A stretch of DNA of 62,672 nt, filler included, from Sluysia triapertura (taxonomy: Eukaryota), in NCBI GenBank assembly GCA_046118255.1. It is 5 parts of 5 records of this genome, joined end to end, with 100 filler letters (N's around TTAATTAATTAA, not from the genome) between each part and the next. Parts side by side here need not be neighbours in the genome. Positions count along the whole stretch, not along the records: positions 1 to 15,728 come from JBJNIA010220912.1; 4 more parts are not named here. One strand, written 5' to 3'. Each line of letters begins with the position of its first letter. The first letter of the stretch is position 1. The notes under the pieces were generated by a model, which was not told the origin of the DNA, ran no database searches, and saw nothing but the letters and a program-made list of their open reading frames with translations. A program made the position numbers and the translations under genes. This document shows, piece by piece, positions 1-12,150 of the stretch.

Positions 1-1859
1 GAATGATTTACCTTAAGCGCTTTTGAGTACTTTCGCAGTAGATATGAGCGCAATATAAATTAATATGTTATTATTATTATTATTCTTGTTATTTAACGGA
101 CATTTAATATAGATTTAATATATAAGACAGTGATTTATAACTGTTGAATTTATATATTGAAGGAATATTGCTATAAAAGAGTAGTTGATAATTTGTTGTG
201 ATAATTAAAAATATATTCCGATTTCGTATTAATTTAATTATTGAGTTATATTTAAATAAAGATTAAAGGACTGAAATTGAATAACTTTATATAATAATAT
301 TTTAATAATACATAATAATATTTTAAGTTGAGTTTTGTTAATTTAGTAATTGAGTGTTTCGAGTTCAGATCTACATTTACTGCGTTCAATTTTACTTTCA
401 TCATTCTTTTTTATTATTACTTTTATTTTAATTTAAGATTAATAAGATATATTTGAAATAATATTTTGATTTTATTGTAATTTATAATTGTACTGCATTA
501 TTAATTATAATTTATTTGTATTTTAAATGCATTTCTTTCTTTTATATATTTATTTTTATCATTTTATATTATTATTATTATTACTATTTATATATTTAAG
601 TTAATAATGAATGAAACTCAATATAAATGGCATCACTATTGTGATTTATGTCCGTTTAATTTATTTATGCGTAACATTGTGCAAACATGACCGATTGTGT
701 TTAATATATTAATTATTGTACATAAATAGATTAGAATTTTACAAATAAAATAACTTACTTTCTTATAAATTCCAAATGTAATATTGAATTAAAATTATTT
801 TAGGAAAACTATACTAATATTAAATAATTAGTATAATTAAATAAAGCCAAAAATAACAATTTGTATAAAAAACTAAAAATATACATGGAATTAAAAAGAT
901 GGATTAATTTTGAAAAAACCGATACGCAATTTAACAAATTAAAAGTAAATTATTAGAACACAGTACCCAAAATAGAATAAGTGTATTTATAGTAAATTGT
1001 AAGAATTAAAAATTAACTTTAATAATTTAAGTTCAATAGTTTAATAGTTTCAAAAGTAAACTTAAATATTTAAGAATAAGAATAAGAATTTAAATCAATG
1101 GATCTTATATAACTTAACAAAAAGAAAAAGCTACGAAATGAGCAGAAGCACAATATGAACATAAAACATGCACAAGTCGAATGTAGATAAATTATGTGGC
1201 CAAAATTAGCCATATAATTGAATTAACTATAGGAAGAAATTAATTATAGAAAGAAATTTAGAAAATTATTGGTTGTAATATATCAGTGAAAAATATTATA
1301 ATATAATATGGTATTTTTCACCGTGAGGAACAATTTTTTTCGAGAAATTATTCATATTGTTGCCAATACAGTTTAATTGTAAACACATTGACAAGATTTC
1401 TATACAAAGTATTTGAAATTAATAATATCAGAAATGCTACTTTAAATGCACTAGTCAAAATAAACTTTATAAAAAAATTTGAATAAAAATCTAATAAAAT
1501 AAAAATAACGGCATAATTAAGCATAGTTCTGAAAAAATTATAACTTCATATCTATTTATATATTTGTTTAAATTGCAATTTATAATTAGATTGTAGTTAA
1601 TTGTTTTTCTCTGTAATTAAGTTTAGTAAACAATGACATTAAAGGATTTCTATTACGATATCATAACGCAATCATTTAGGAATAGTTACTAATTGTCGAC
1701 AATTCTATAAAGATGAAACAATTTTAAATTTTTATTGTATTTATGTTTTTATTGTATCATTAATTTAGAAAATATTTATTTAATGAACATCGCTAAATGG
1801 TACCACTATTTAAATAATTTATTAAGTTTTAGCGATCTGTTTAAATAAGATCACTACCC

Positions 1860-3720
1860 AAATAGAATCACTCTGACCGATTAACACCACATCTTCAAAC
1901 AAGAAATATAGGAATTTTCCGTTCATTAAATATTTCAGAATATTAATGAGTCGAAATGTTGAATATACCAAAAATGGTAATCCAAAATCTGAAGCACATT
2001 CTTTGCTTAATTCACGATTTCGTGAATCTTGGAATGAAGTAAAGATCGAATCATTGTGTTAGTTTATTTCAGTTCAATATATGACGATTGAAATATATCT
2101 AAATATGATTTGTATGGCAAAAAATTCTTTGATGTCAGATCCAATTCTACTCTTGATAAAAATAACGTGGAATATCTTAATTGATATTTTATTTTTTATT
2201 CAAACAACTGAAGGCACCGAATAGGATCACTATTTTCTGTAATTTTTGGCGATTCAATTCGTTTAGAACAACTGATACTACATGGTGATATCCGTTATAT
2301 GAAAAAACCTTTAATATTTAATTTTTTGTCAATAAAAGTGTGATTTTGGTAGGATATAGATCTGTATTTTATTGAAACTTAAGATTATTGATTTGATGGC
2401 CGGATAAAATTTTATGAGTATATTTTTACAACGAAATAGTTGAATTACACTGACGTTTGTAAACTTATTCTGTATACGTTTAAAGCTTGATAAAGTATAG
2501 TAGTATGGTATTATGATGAAATTAAGATCAATAAAATTATCGTTCATAGATTGTTTGTATATTATCTTACAATTCGTACGTATTATTTCTAGTTCAGACA
2601 AATTTACTTTAAACATAAGGTTACTTTTATTTATATGGTTGAAGAAGCAATTACAAGGCATGTAAAAAGAAAATTTTATTAATTTACAATTCAAAGTAAA
2701 TATTAAACAATTAATTTCTAAGTTTTTATCAGTTATTAGATTCGGATCCATCGATTTTGTTGCCACATCTCGCTGCATCTCATGAGCTTTTGCGCTGGAT
2801 ACATGATCTAAAAAAACAAGATATACGAATTAGAAATTAGACAAAAAAGATAAAAATTTACTACGAATATTTTCTCGCCATAGTTATCTTCGTTTCTATT
2901 TTGAATAGGTGTGGTATCTTTCAATCTTCTTAATATAAGTGCGCGAACAAGTTTAACTTGAACAGAGTAATGTACTTGATTTTTAACTTCTGATCGGAAA
3001 CTAATCACGTTGACCGTAAAATCGTTACGATATAAATCCACTAAAAATTTGAAATGAGGTTGATTAAGATATCCGACATATTGTTCTGAGTACTACTTCT
3101 AACATCTATTATATCAGTGACTTTCTTTTGTTCCATCATTGTGCCAGACCTAATTGAACTCTTATGAATCATAAATCTGATTAGGGTCAAGATAAACTTT
3201 AATTTATTAAATTCAAGATCTTCGTTTTCGACAAACAATGTTGGTTTTGAGGACAGCTCATTAAAAACTCAGATAATCTAAAGATACATTTCAATTGTAC
3301 ACGATGCATTGTTAGATACATTTGTAATCTGGTTTTGATTATATTTGTTGCACTAATTTTACTTGATATTTTTGAAGGTTTTGATATCTGACAAGGTATT
3401 TTGCATGATTTTGGAATAGTGATTGATAATAAGTATGACGACTTAACGATACTATGATCAAAAATAATTCTCGATTGTTGCCCATAATACTTTATAAATG
3501 ACGATTGGATCATAAAATCATTTTTTCATTCATATAAAATGTTACTAATATCTTTAAAATTATACTGTCCTTCGAAGGACCGTTACGAGGAAGAATTGTG
3601 ATATGAATAACAACTTGAAATTGATCAAAGAAGAATTTTATTGTCTGCTTAATTATCATCAGGATCGACAATCATAAAATTAATATTTGAGAATTTTTTA
3701 TCGCTTAAATGAAATTATCA
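1860..3720 (-). pseudogene. Long decayed minus-strand reading frame of unknown family
   Basis: Four abutting or overlapping minus-strand ORFs (2329-3513) separated by stops and frameshifts. No diagnostic motif recognised. Boundaries approximate. Confidence 0.3.
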
Positions 3721-3857
3721 CAATGATTATTGCCAGTATAGTAGTAATTTTGTAATATAATTATTTTTAGATAATGTACTATATTTTGTCATCCAATCAG
3801 AGCTTTCAAACAGAGTATCAAACAGTATTAGTTCTGATTGCTGATTGCTGATGACTG

Positions 3858-3920
3858 GCCATCGTCAGTATTGACATAATAATTAAGATTTTGATGAGTA
3901 GTGTCAATACTGGTGAAGGC
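3858..3920 (+). other. 19-bp hairpin with a 25-nt loop
   Basis: gccatcgtcagtattgaca ... tgtcaatactggtgaaggc pair with one mismatch and two G:U pairs on the + strand. Confidence 0.5.
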
Positions 3921-5139
3921 AGCAACTAGTTTTGGAGTTTTAAATGAAATAATTTAATAATTGATAGTAATAAAAATAACAATATTGTTATTATTATTAT
4001 TAATAAAAAGAAAATAAAAAATAAAGCATAAGTTTCTTTGAAAATAAAATAAAACGAGCTTTTCTTTCTTTTATACCAAACAGTTTTAACATATAAAGAA
4101 TAAAATTAAAATATAAAAATTGACAAGACTGGGTGAAACAGCAACGATAGGAGGGTGTACTATGCTCGAGTTATCGTTGTTATTTCATTATATAAAATTG
4201 AACTCTTTAAAACGATACGATTTTCTTTAATTTCTTGAAGGTTTGTAAGATATTAAAATGAATAAAAAATGTATTTTGGAATAAGCTTCAGAGCTATAAT
4301 TGTTTCGAAAGAATTGGTAAGTATAATTAACCTACGAAGATATAATAATTGATTTGATTCTTGAAATGAAATAAAGAATGTTAGAATAAGTTCTTATATA
4401 TTGATTGAAGTTTAGATCTGAAAACAAATTTTATGTATTGAAATATCGTAGGTAAAAGGCTTGTTGAGAAGATTGTAATTTACTAAATTTAAAAGGACAA
4501 CTACGATACAACTCTTGTTACATTTAAGATGTTTTTGTACAATATTTTGTGTGGTTTGTCTATTTGGTGTTTTTGGTGTTGTTGTTCTGTGTTGTTGATA
4601 ATTATGTATAGATGGATAGTGAGTTTGAAATGTAATTGATTCGAAGGTGTGAAGTAGGTATTTTATGCGTTTCGAGTAGATTTATTGATGTTGTGAAATA
4701 GTATTAAATGTAGTTGTGGTTTATATGTTGTAAGTTTGTGATTGTGATTTGGTTTGATCAAATGAACTATTGGATAAATATTATTAAATATTAGGTATTA
4801 ATTGTTACAGTGTAGTGTAAAATAAAGGGTTCGAAAGTATTGAATAGATTATTTCGAATGTGTTTGTTATTGGTTAACCGTGGAAGTCGAGTACTTGTTT
4901 TTGGTGGATTAGTTGATTTAAATTGGTAATGTTGAACATAATTGTGATTTAGATGTTGTGGAATTGAATATGTGGTTGTTAGGTATAATGACAAGAGAAA
5001 GGAAGAAAAAAGGTATTAGTTTATAATAAAATTTGGTGTTTGCGAAGGTTGGCCACTACATTACTAATATTACTACTAAGTCTGTTATCTGAATCGTGAT
5101 CAAATATGGGATCTATATTGTCATGACGACGTGAAGTAT

Positions 5140-5292
5140 TTCGCTTAAAATCTCTAGGAAATTCAACTCGTAAAGAAAATCCATCTAAATCATAACCATA
5201 ACGATCACACACAACATCTTCAACATCACGTTTATAATCAAATACAATAAAGTAAAAGGTGGCCCATTACGAATTTTAATATCTATATCATT
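5140..5292 (-). pseudogene. SRSF1/SRSF9-like RRM1 fragment, frameshifted
   Basis: Reads DIDIKIRNGPPFT/[1-nt deletion]IVFDYKRDVEDVVCDRYGYDLDGFSLRVEFPR, matching SRSF1 [47 protein letters not shown]. Confidence 0.8.
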
Positions 5293-5838
5293 GTATATAT
5301 TAATGTTTAAAACACCAAAAATGTTTATTGAATTCTCATACCGAACAATCTGTTGAGATTAAATTAGAAACTGTCTTTTGTAGTTTTTGATTTGATGTAT
5401 TGCTTGTTTCGGAAGTCATTAAATAAAATGGTTATTGCAAATAATTTGGTTAATTCCTCTCATAATTTATCGCCATATTGCATATTTAATCAATAATTTT
5501 TTAATGCAAAATTTTGACTATTAAAAATTAGGTTTAGAATATATAAACATTAATCATTGTATATTAATAGAGAAAGCATGTGGACCAAACTGTGATAGAT
5601 GCTCAGAAATGATACTTTTATTATTAATATTTTAATTGGATAGAACTTCTAATTGCCTTTTTAATTTTGTATTATAAAACTATTTATTTTAATTCAATTC
5701 TTTATTATTTGATCATTAAATCTTTTTAAATAAAATTCGATTTAATATTATTATTTGCCTTTATAAATGTTTGATGTATGGAGAAATATTTAATGTTCAT
5801 AATTAGGTAAAGCAATACATTTATTGTAAAATATTCAC

Positions 5839-6067
5839 ATGCAATTGTTCGATGACAAGTTGGAAATAATTCCATAATATAAACCATAGATACTTGATTT
5901 AATGCTGATATTGCTGTTTTTGCAATACAACCAATAATAATGCGAATTATACTTTGCCAACGTATTTCTCGACTACAATATTCCGAGTAATTGCCGCTGT
6001 ACGTTATGAAATGTAATTCAGTAATATGAATGATAATATAACACCTGATAATTCCATAAGAAACCAA
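5839..6067 (-). CDS. SLC22/MFS organic-ion transporter exon (orphan, possibly pseudogenic)
   Basis: IIIGCIAKTAISALNQVSMVYIMELFPTCHRTIA carries the K...ELFPT.R signature of SLC22 TM10-11. A GT donor follows at 5838. No other exons recognised. Confidence 0.6.
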
Positions 6068-6966
6068 TCAAAAACAGATATATAAATATTTAAAAAATTC
6101 TAAATTGTTCATAAGAAATAATGTAAAGAAAATGAAATAATATTAAAAACATTAATCATTATTCAAGCATAAACCACTATTTTTTTGCATATTTTCGAAG
6201 AATTGCAAGCCACCAGATAAATGTGATGCATTTTAGTCTCAAACTAGATTTATAAATAAGACAGTAAAAACGATATTATCATCACAACTAATCATCACCA
6301 TTATCAACCATTGGTAAATTTAAATGTTTTGAGAAAACTGAAAACGTGAGGGTAAGAGGTATTTCAATGTTTTTAAAAGAAGTATATTACTCAAGAATTT
6401 ATGTTATGGTATAGAAAACTTAATGCATTTGGTTGATTGTTCATCTCCGAAGAAAATGTCTTTTCTCAGACATTCAAGAAATAAGATCAACCCATGACAA
6501 AAAGTAATTCATAATATAGATTGTATACTTAATTCAGTTTAGAAAGGTACAAAAATCATTAAAAATCAATCAACCATATTAATTTTCCACGTAAGAATAA
6601 GGTACCATATAACATCTTATCTTAAAGAATTACTGGTTACCAATAAAAGCAGTAGTAGAATACAAAATCTTAAAAATAATTTATAAATCCTTACATTATG
6701 GAAATCTTAAATAACTTTTGGAAATAATAAAATTGTAGAAACCAAAGCGAATATTGATTATCTACCAGAGAATGTTAAATTACTGTAATATTATGAAATA
6801 CTTAAGAAAAAGGCGAAGTCATATTTGGTTTAGAAATATTATTTATTTTAAAGAGCCTGTTTGAGTACTTATTTTATAATAAATATAATTATTACTAATA
6901 TTGTTATTGTTGCGTCTTTGAAAATTATTAACTACGATAAATAAATATCTGTTAGACTTCATAAAA

Positions 6967-7038
6967 TGGACTGACCGGGTATCGACCCCGGGACTATCGC
7001 TGCGCAGTTCGATTGATCTACCAGTGAGCTATCAGCCC
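6967..7038 (-). tRNA. tRNA-Ala-like pseudogene or SINE head, copy A
   Basis: GGGCTGA-TAGCTCACTGGTAGATC...CCGGGGTCGATACCCGG-TCAGTCC-A followed by TTTT. 7-bp acceptor stem with G3:U70, A and B boxes, poorly paired anticodon arm. Confidence 0.65.
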
Positions 7039-7289
7039 CGTCTAACGATTTTATTTTATTAGTCAATTTTACCAAATGACACTTTAGGCCTTTTTATCCC
7101 AACATATCAATTTAATTGACTTAAAAAAGAATCTCAATAATTTGAGTACTCACTATATCAATTATAAATTATCAGTAATTTTCTTATTTTGATAATTAAG
7201 TTTTTGAATCAAATTAATAACAATAACACAATAAATTAATGATTAAACAAAAATCAAATACAAATTAATAATATAAATATCCACTAAAC

Positions 7290-7475
7290 AATAGATCTTT
7301 TGAATGCCAAGGTATTCTTTAGCTGTTAACATTATTATAAATGTTTTAATTTTTATGATTCTTATTTCAACGCTGCTTATAATGTTTAATCTATCACATG
7401 GTATCAGCTCTTTCTTCATTTTATAGTTCTATATGTTTCTCACTCATTTCTTGATATACAGTTGGGCAATTCAAA
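7290..7475 (-). repeat. Dispersed repeat family R1 (TGTTGGGATT-start, LTR-like), inverted copy
   Basis: Reverse complement aligns with the copies at 9231-9400 and 62507-62672. Confidence 0.7.
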
Positions 7476-7621
7476 TATTATTATTTGTATTATTACTATT
7501 TATTATTATTATTTATTATATTATTATTATCATTATTATTGATATAATCGATTATTATTTTCATTATTATTATTAATACCATTATTATTATTGTTGTTGT
7601 TGCTTAAGATTAATATTATTA

Positions 7622-7786
7622 AGTAGCAACAGAGCTGCTCTAGGATATTGTTGAAGACGTTGTGGTTGTGGTTAATGAAACTGTCATAATTAAAGAAGAA
7701 ATCATAATATCACAAGTTCGTGCCAATAATTCCAATGGACTTTATTCTGATTGTTTTTCGAGTTCTTGGGATATTTCATTTTGTAA
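7622..7786 (-). pseudogene. Sp-box (Sp or NET/NocA-Elbow transcription factor) N-terminal fragment with stops
   Basis: Minus-strand frame LQNEISQELEKQSE*SPLELLARTCDIMISS...TTTTTSSTIS*SSS resembles the Sp box SPLALLA(A/Q)TCS.IG. Not in the ORF track. Confidence 0.6.
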
Positions 7787-9230
7787 GGTTAGTGAATAAA
7801 ATTTTTGTTGATATAGTTACTTTATTAAAATCTCTGTCAAATTAATCAGACCGTAAAAAGGCTGATTTAACGCTTAAAATCATTAAATATTTGACAGGCT
7901 GTCTTAACGTATAAATAAGGTTGTTAATGTTTGCGTTCGACCACTTAACTTTACCATACACGTTATTCACTAAGTCTAATTAGACCGTCGTCAGTATGTG
8001 ACATAAATTGTCACTAATTAGCCGCACTATCCAGCAGACGTTGACGATTTTGCTAAATAGGTTTCCTTTAAGTTAGAACCTTTGCAATATGATTCCAAAT
8101 GATGGTTTCTAATAATAATTTTGTTTATATCCTCAGGATTTAAATAAAGAGACGAATTAGCCCTTGTCGATACAAACAAACTACTTGTTGATCAATTACT
8201 TTAATAAATAATTAATTATCAACCAATGTAGAATTCGAATACTTAATATTCTCTTCAATTAGTATTTACGTTTTTTGACAATATAATCAATATTTTTCGT
8301 CGATATTCTTGTTTGAATCAATGTAACATCTTTTATTTTCACGCAAGCATCAATTGGAATCATTAAATAAATTAAATAGTTTTTAATTTTAAAATCCATT
8401 AAAATTAATAGAGATAACTAGCTGTTAAAAATAAATAATCACGTTTTCAATCTAATCAAAGTTTATTGTATGATATTGTGCAAAATAGTTTCGAATTTAC
8501 ATTGTTTCAATTAATCATTCAAACTGTCACTTCTTACTTCTGCTTATCGATTAAACGTTTTCTTATTGTTCTCACTAATTTTCATTTATAATAAAGTAAA
8601 ATTAATCTTATTAGACCAAATAATAATGAAAATATGTGGTAGACATTGTATGGTCCATTTAATACTTCAAAAATCTATTTTTAGATTTGGTTCATAAGAA
8701 ATCTAAATACTTTTAACGTACTCGTTTAACATTGATTAACTTAAAGTGTTTACTTTGTATTTGACGATGATGAGAGCACATTAAATGAAATAGAGAAAAT
8801 TATGCTATATAAAATAGAGGTTACCAAAATCTTAGTCAGTCTAAGTGGTATGATTACTGGTAAGAGTATTTGAGCATACATAAACTGAAAATTTGTACAT
8901 TTATTGGAGCGACTTAAGAAAATTCATCAATTAATTCTATATATTAAATGATTTTAAACATAATTACAAAAAATATTCATTATTCATACACATATCTTCA
9001 ATAGCTTCTTATAATCAAAATGCAATACTAAAATTCCAGATCATACTTCAATTTTTCATAATTACACAACACAAATAACCAGTAAGTATATAGGTTAATC
9101 TTCTTTTAGTAAACGCCAATTAAGTGACGGTTTTGTCGAAAATTCCAGTCAGACGAATTAGAAAGAGGAAAATAAAAATGATATACATTTTAAAATATTA
9201 CTTGTTGTATATGCTAGATTATTATAATAT

Positions 9231-9400
9231 TGTTGGGATTGTCCAATTGTGGATTAGGAGATTAGTAAGAAACATATAGAATCACAAAATGAAGGAAAAG
9301 TTGATACAAAGGGATTCTTGGAAAAGAATCATTAAAATAAAAACATTTATAATTAGGTTGGCAGCTGAAGAATACCTTGGCATTCAAAAGATCTATGAAA
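9231..9400 (+). repeat. Dispersed repeat family R1 copy
   Basis: tgttgggattgtccaattgtggattaggag...cagctgaagaatacc is colinear with 62507-62672. Confidence 0.7.
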
Positions 9401-11907
9401 GACCTTATGAAAGTTTAAGTAATAATTTACGTAAAAATAGATTGAGTAAAAGAAAATGATGGTTGATAAAAAATCAAATTCTTGTATTTTGTATAAAATG
9501 AAGTTTCACAGACAGTACCGTGTAATTGTCAAAGTTATTATTGTCGGTTTAATTCTCAAAGAAGTTTTGATGATTTGTGTGAGAGAGTGTTTGATTGTGA
9601 GACTTGGGATTGATTGAATGATGAGAGAGTTTAAAATGAAAAATTTCAAAAATTTCACACACAATCGCATAATCATACAGTCAGCTAATGGACAAATGTT
9701 GTGAAGATCCAGATTTTGGTGAATCTTTTGTTATTATTATTTTATTATTATTAATTTTTTGTTAATATTGAATAATTTTTTTGGGGCATATTTAGCTAAC
9801 CTTATAAAAGTAATTTTTATAATAATAAAAACTATAATAGTCTGATTTTTTGGGGTTTATTATTATTTTGAAATATTTTGAGCTATATATTTAATTATTA
9901 TTTTAATTTTAAGTAATTTTAATTTTAAATTTTCTAGATATTGATAAGTTTGATTTTTGGGAGAATCCCTACCCAATCTTTTTATAATTTTTTGCTAATC
10001 AGATTAAATAAAAGTACTTTGAAATATTTTAACAATATTTTTATTTTTACCTTATTATAAGAAATTGATAAATTTGATTTTGGGAGGATCCCTGCCCAAT
10101 TAATTTTTTAAAATATTTTAAGTTAATTATTTGATTTTTCAGCTATTTCTAAGACAGCCCAACCGTTATTAAGTTAGGTTAAGATTATCTGAAAATATTT
10201 AAGCATCATTACTTTTTTAAACTTTCTAGATATTTATATTTTTAGTGTTTGTTGCGTCACTCCTGGTTTCTTTAGATAGATTGTTATGTTCTTAATATTA
10301 TTATAAACGTTATTGTTAATCTTGTCATTTTAAGTATTGTCTATTGAAGATTTATATTATTAATTTGATTTGATTATTGTTTAATCATTAATTTTTTGTC
10401 TTGCTATTATTGATTTGATTTCCAAGAGCTTAATTTTGGGGTGAATAATTATTTGCACTAAATAAAAGAATTTATACCTAAGCTAGGGAGTTATTGAATA
10501 ATTGAGATTCTATTTAAGCTAATTAAATTAATATCGATTTATAGTAATTAATAATAATTATTATTTATTATCACAAAAACAAATATGTTATAGATGCATC
10601 AAAATAATAATTCTTACTATTCATAATTTGTTACTAATATTTTATAAAGTTAAACAATGTTAATATACTTTAATTGTTTAACATGATAAATCAATTTAAT
10701 ATCGTTCATGTATCATGTTTGTAATTAAGTAATCGGCATCTATTTTAAAACAACAATAAAAGACATTAACTTTATTATTATTATCATCATAATAATTATT
10801 AAATATTATTAATTATCATTATTATTTATTATTATCATTACTATCAATAGATGAATGTCAATTTGTCATCTGGTATGTAGTCATTACAAAAACAATTGAT
10901 TTAAACATATAAAATTAACTGTCGATATATATATTGCTTTTTTATTTTACTAAATAATGATAATGCTATTATATATTTACTCTATATAATGAGACTGATT
11001 TTTAATAAAACATTATCAAATATGAAATACGTGATTAATACGAAATTGGCGAATAAAATTCCGAGTTTGGCTAGAACACAAAGAACGATTTGCGAAATTA
11101 TATATCAGTATAGATTGTACAACTAAATGTACCAGTGAATCCTTAATGATTTTACCGTTAGAGAATAAAATCAAAATAGAGAAAAGAATGAAGGTAAATT
11201 TATAATGTTGGAAAAAATTTTTTCATTTTATTTTAACAAAAATTTAATAAAATAAAAATAATAATTTAAATTAGTCGATGTTAATATTAAATGAAGCGAA
11301 AAATTTGTTTACGAAAAATAATTTATATTCGTTTAGTTAGTACTGATATGAATCTTACTAGTAAACGTTTCTTTGTCAATAAGTTTTCAGTGTAAAATGC
11401 AAACTATTTTAGGAATGAGAGTTTACACTAGGAATAATTTCAGTAAAAGATTATTTCATAGTTTTTGTAATTAATTAAAGACTTCAGTGTTATATTCAAT
11501 TTTTTCGTCTAATATACTTCTTAAGCTTATAAAGGAACAGTAATGTTATTTTCTAACAGTAAATTTATTTGGGTATTAATGAGCAATAGTTGATTTATTG
11601 ATAATTTTGTTATCTATATTTGTAAAATTTGATCTTTAATTTTTAACGTGATTAATTAATTATATTAATAATTATAGCAGTTTAAACTGTATCATTTAGT
11701 TTTAAAATTATTTATTAAGGTGCAAATAACGACAACGCAGGCCCACAATACTAATCATGCACAAAATTGTGCCATGCACTTACTGTATTTTTTAAATTAC
11801 GGTTTGAGCTACTAACTACTACCTAAACTAGAATTTCTAATACATTTGTGTTAATTATTTACAACGACAACACCAATTTCTAGCAAACAAATTCGTATTA
11901 CTGTAGA

Positions 11908-12150
11908 ATGATAGACAGCTTAGATAGCAGCAATAATGTAATACCTGACGAAAAAAATAACCTTGGAAAATAATTATCAGGAAAAATCCAATCATCCAAT
12001 GGCTCATTTACATAAAGAATTTTGTTGGTGGTTTAACTTATCGCATAACTGATGAATCACTGAAAAATTATTTCGAATATTCTGCTGATTTGGAAAAAAG
12101 CAGTAGTAATAACTGATCGTCAAACTGGTAAAAGTCGCATTTATGGATTT
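11908..12150 (+). pseudogene. RBM24/RBM38 (SUP-12-like) first-exon RRM fragment, disabled
   Basis: ATG at 11908, in-frame stop, then FVGGLTYRITDESLKNYFEYSADLEK/[+1][17 protein letters not shown], matching RBM38 [43 protein letters not shown]. Homology ends at a decayed donor-like gctagt. Confidence 0.85.

Noticed and set aside
11045-11100. NKIPSLARTQRTIC resembles Wnt7 NKIPGLAPRQRAIC
   Set aside because: No following ECQxQF or RWNC motifs in any frame I read. Likely chance.
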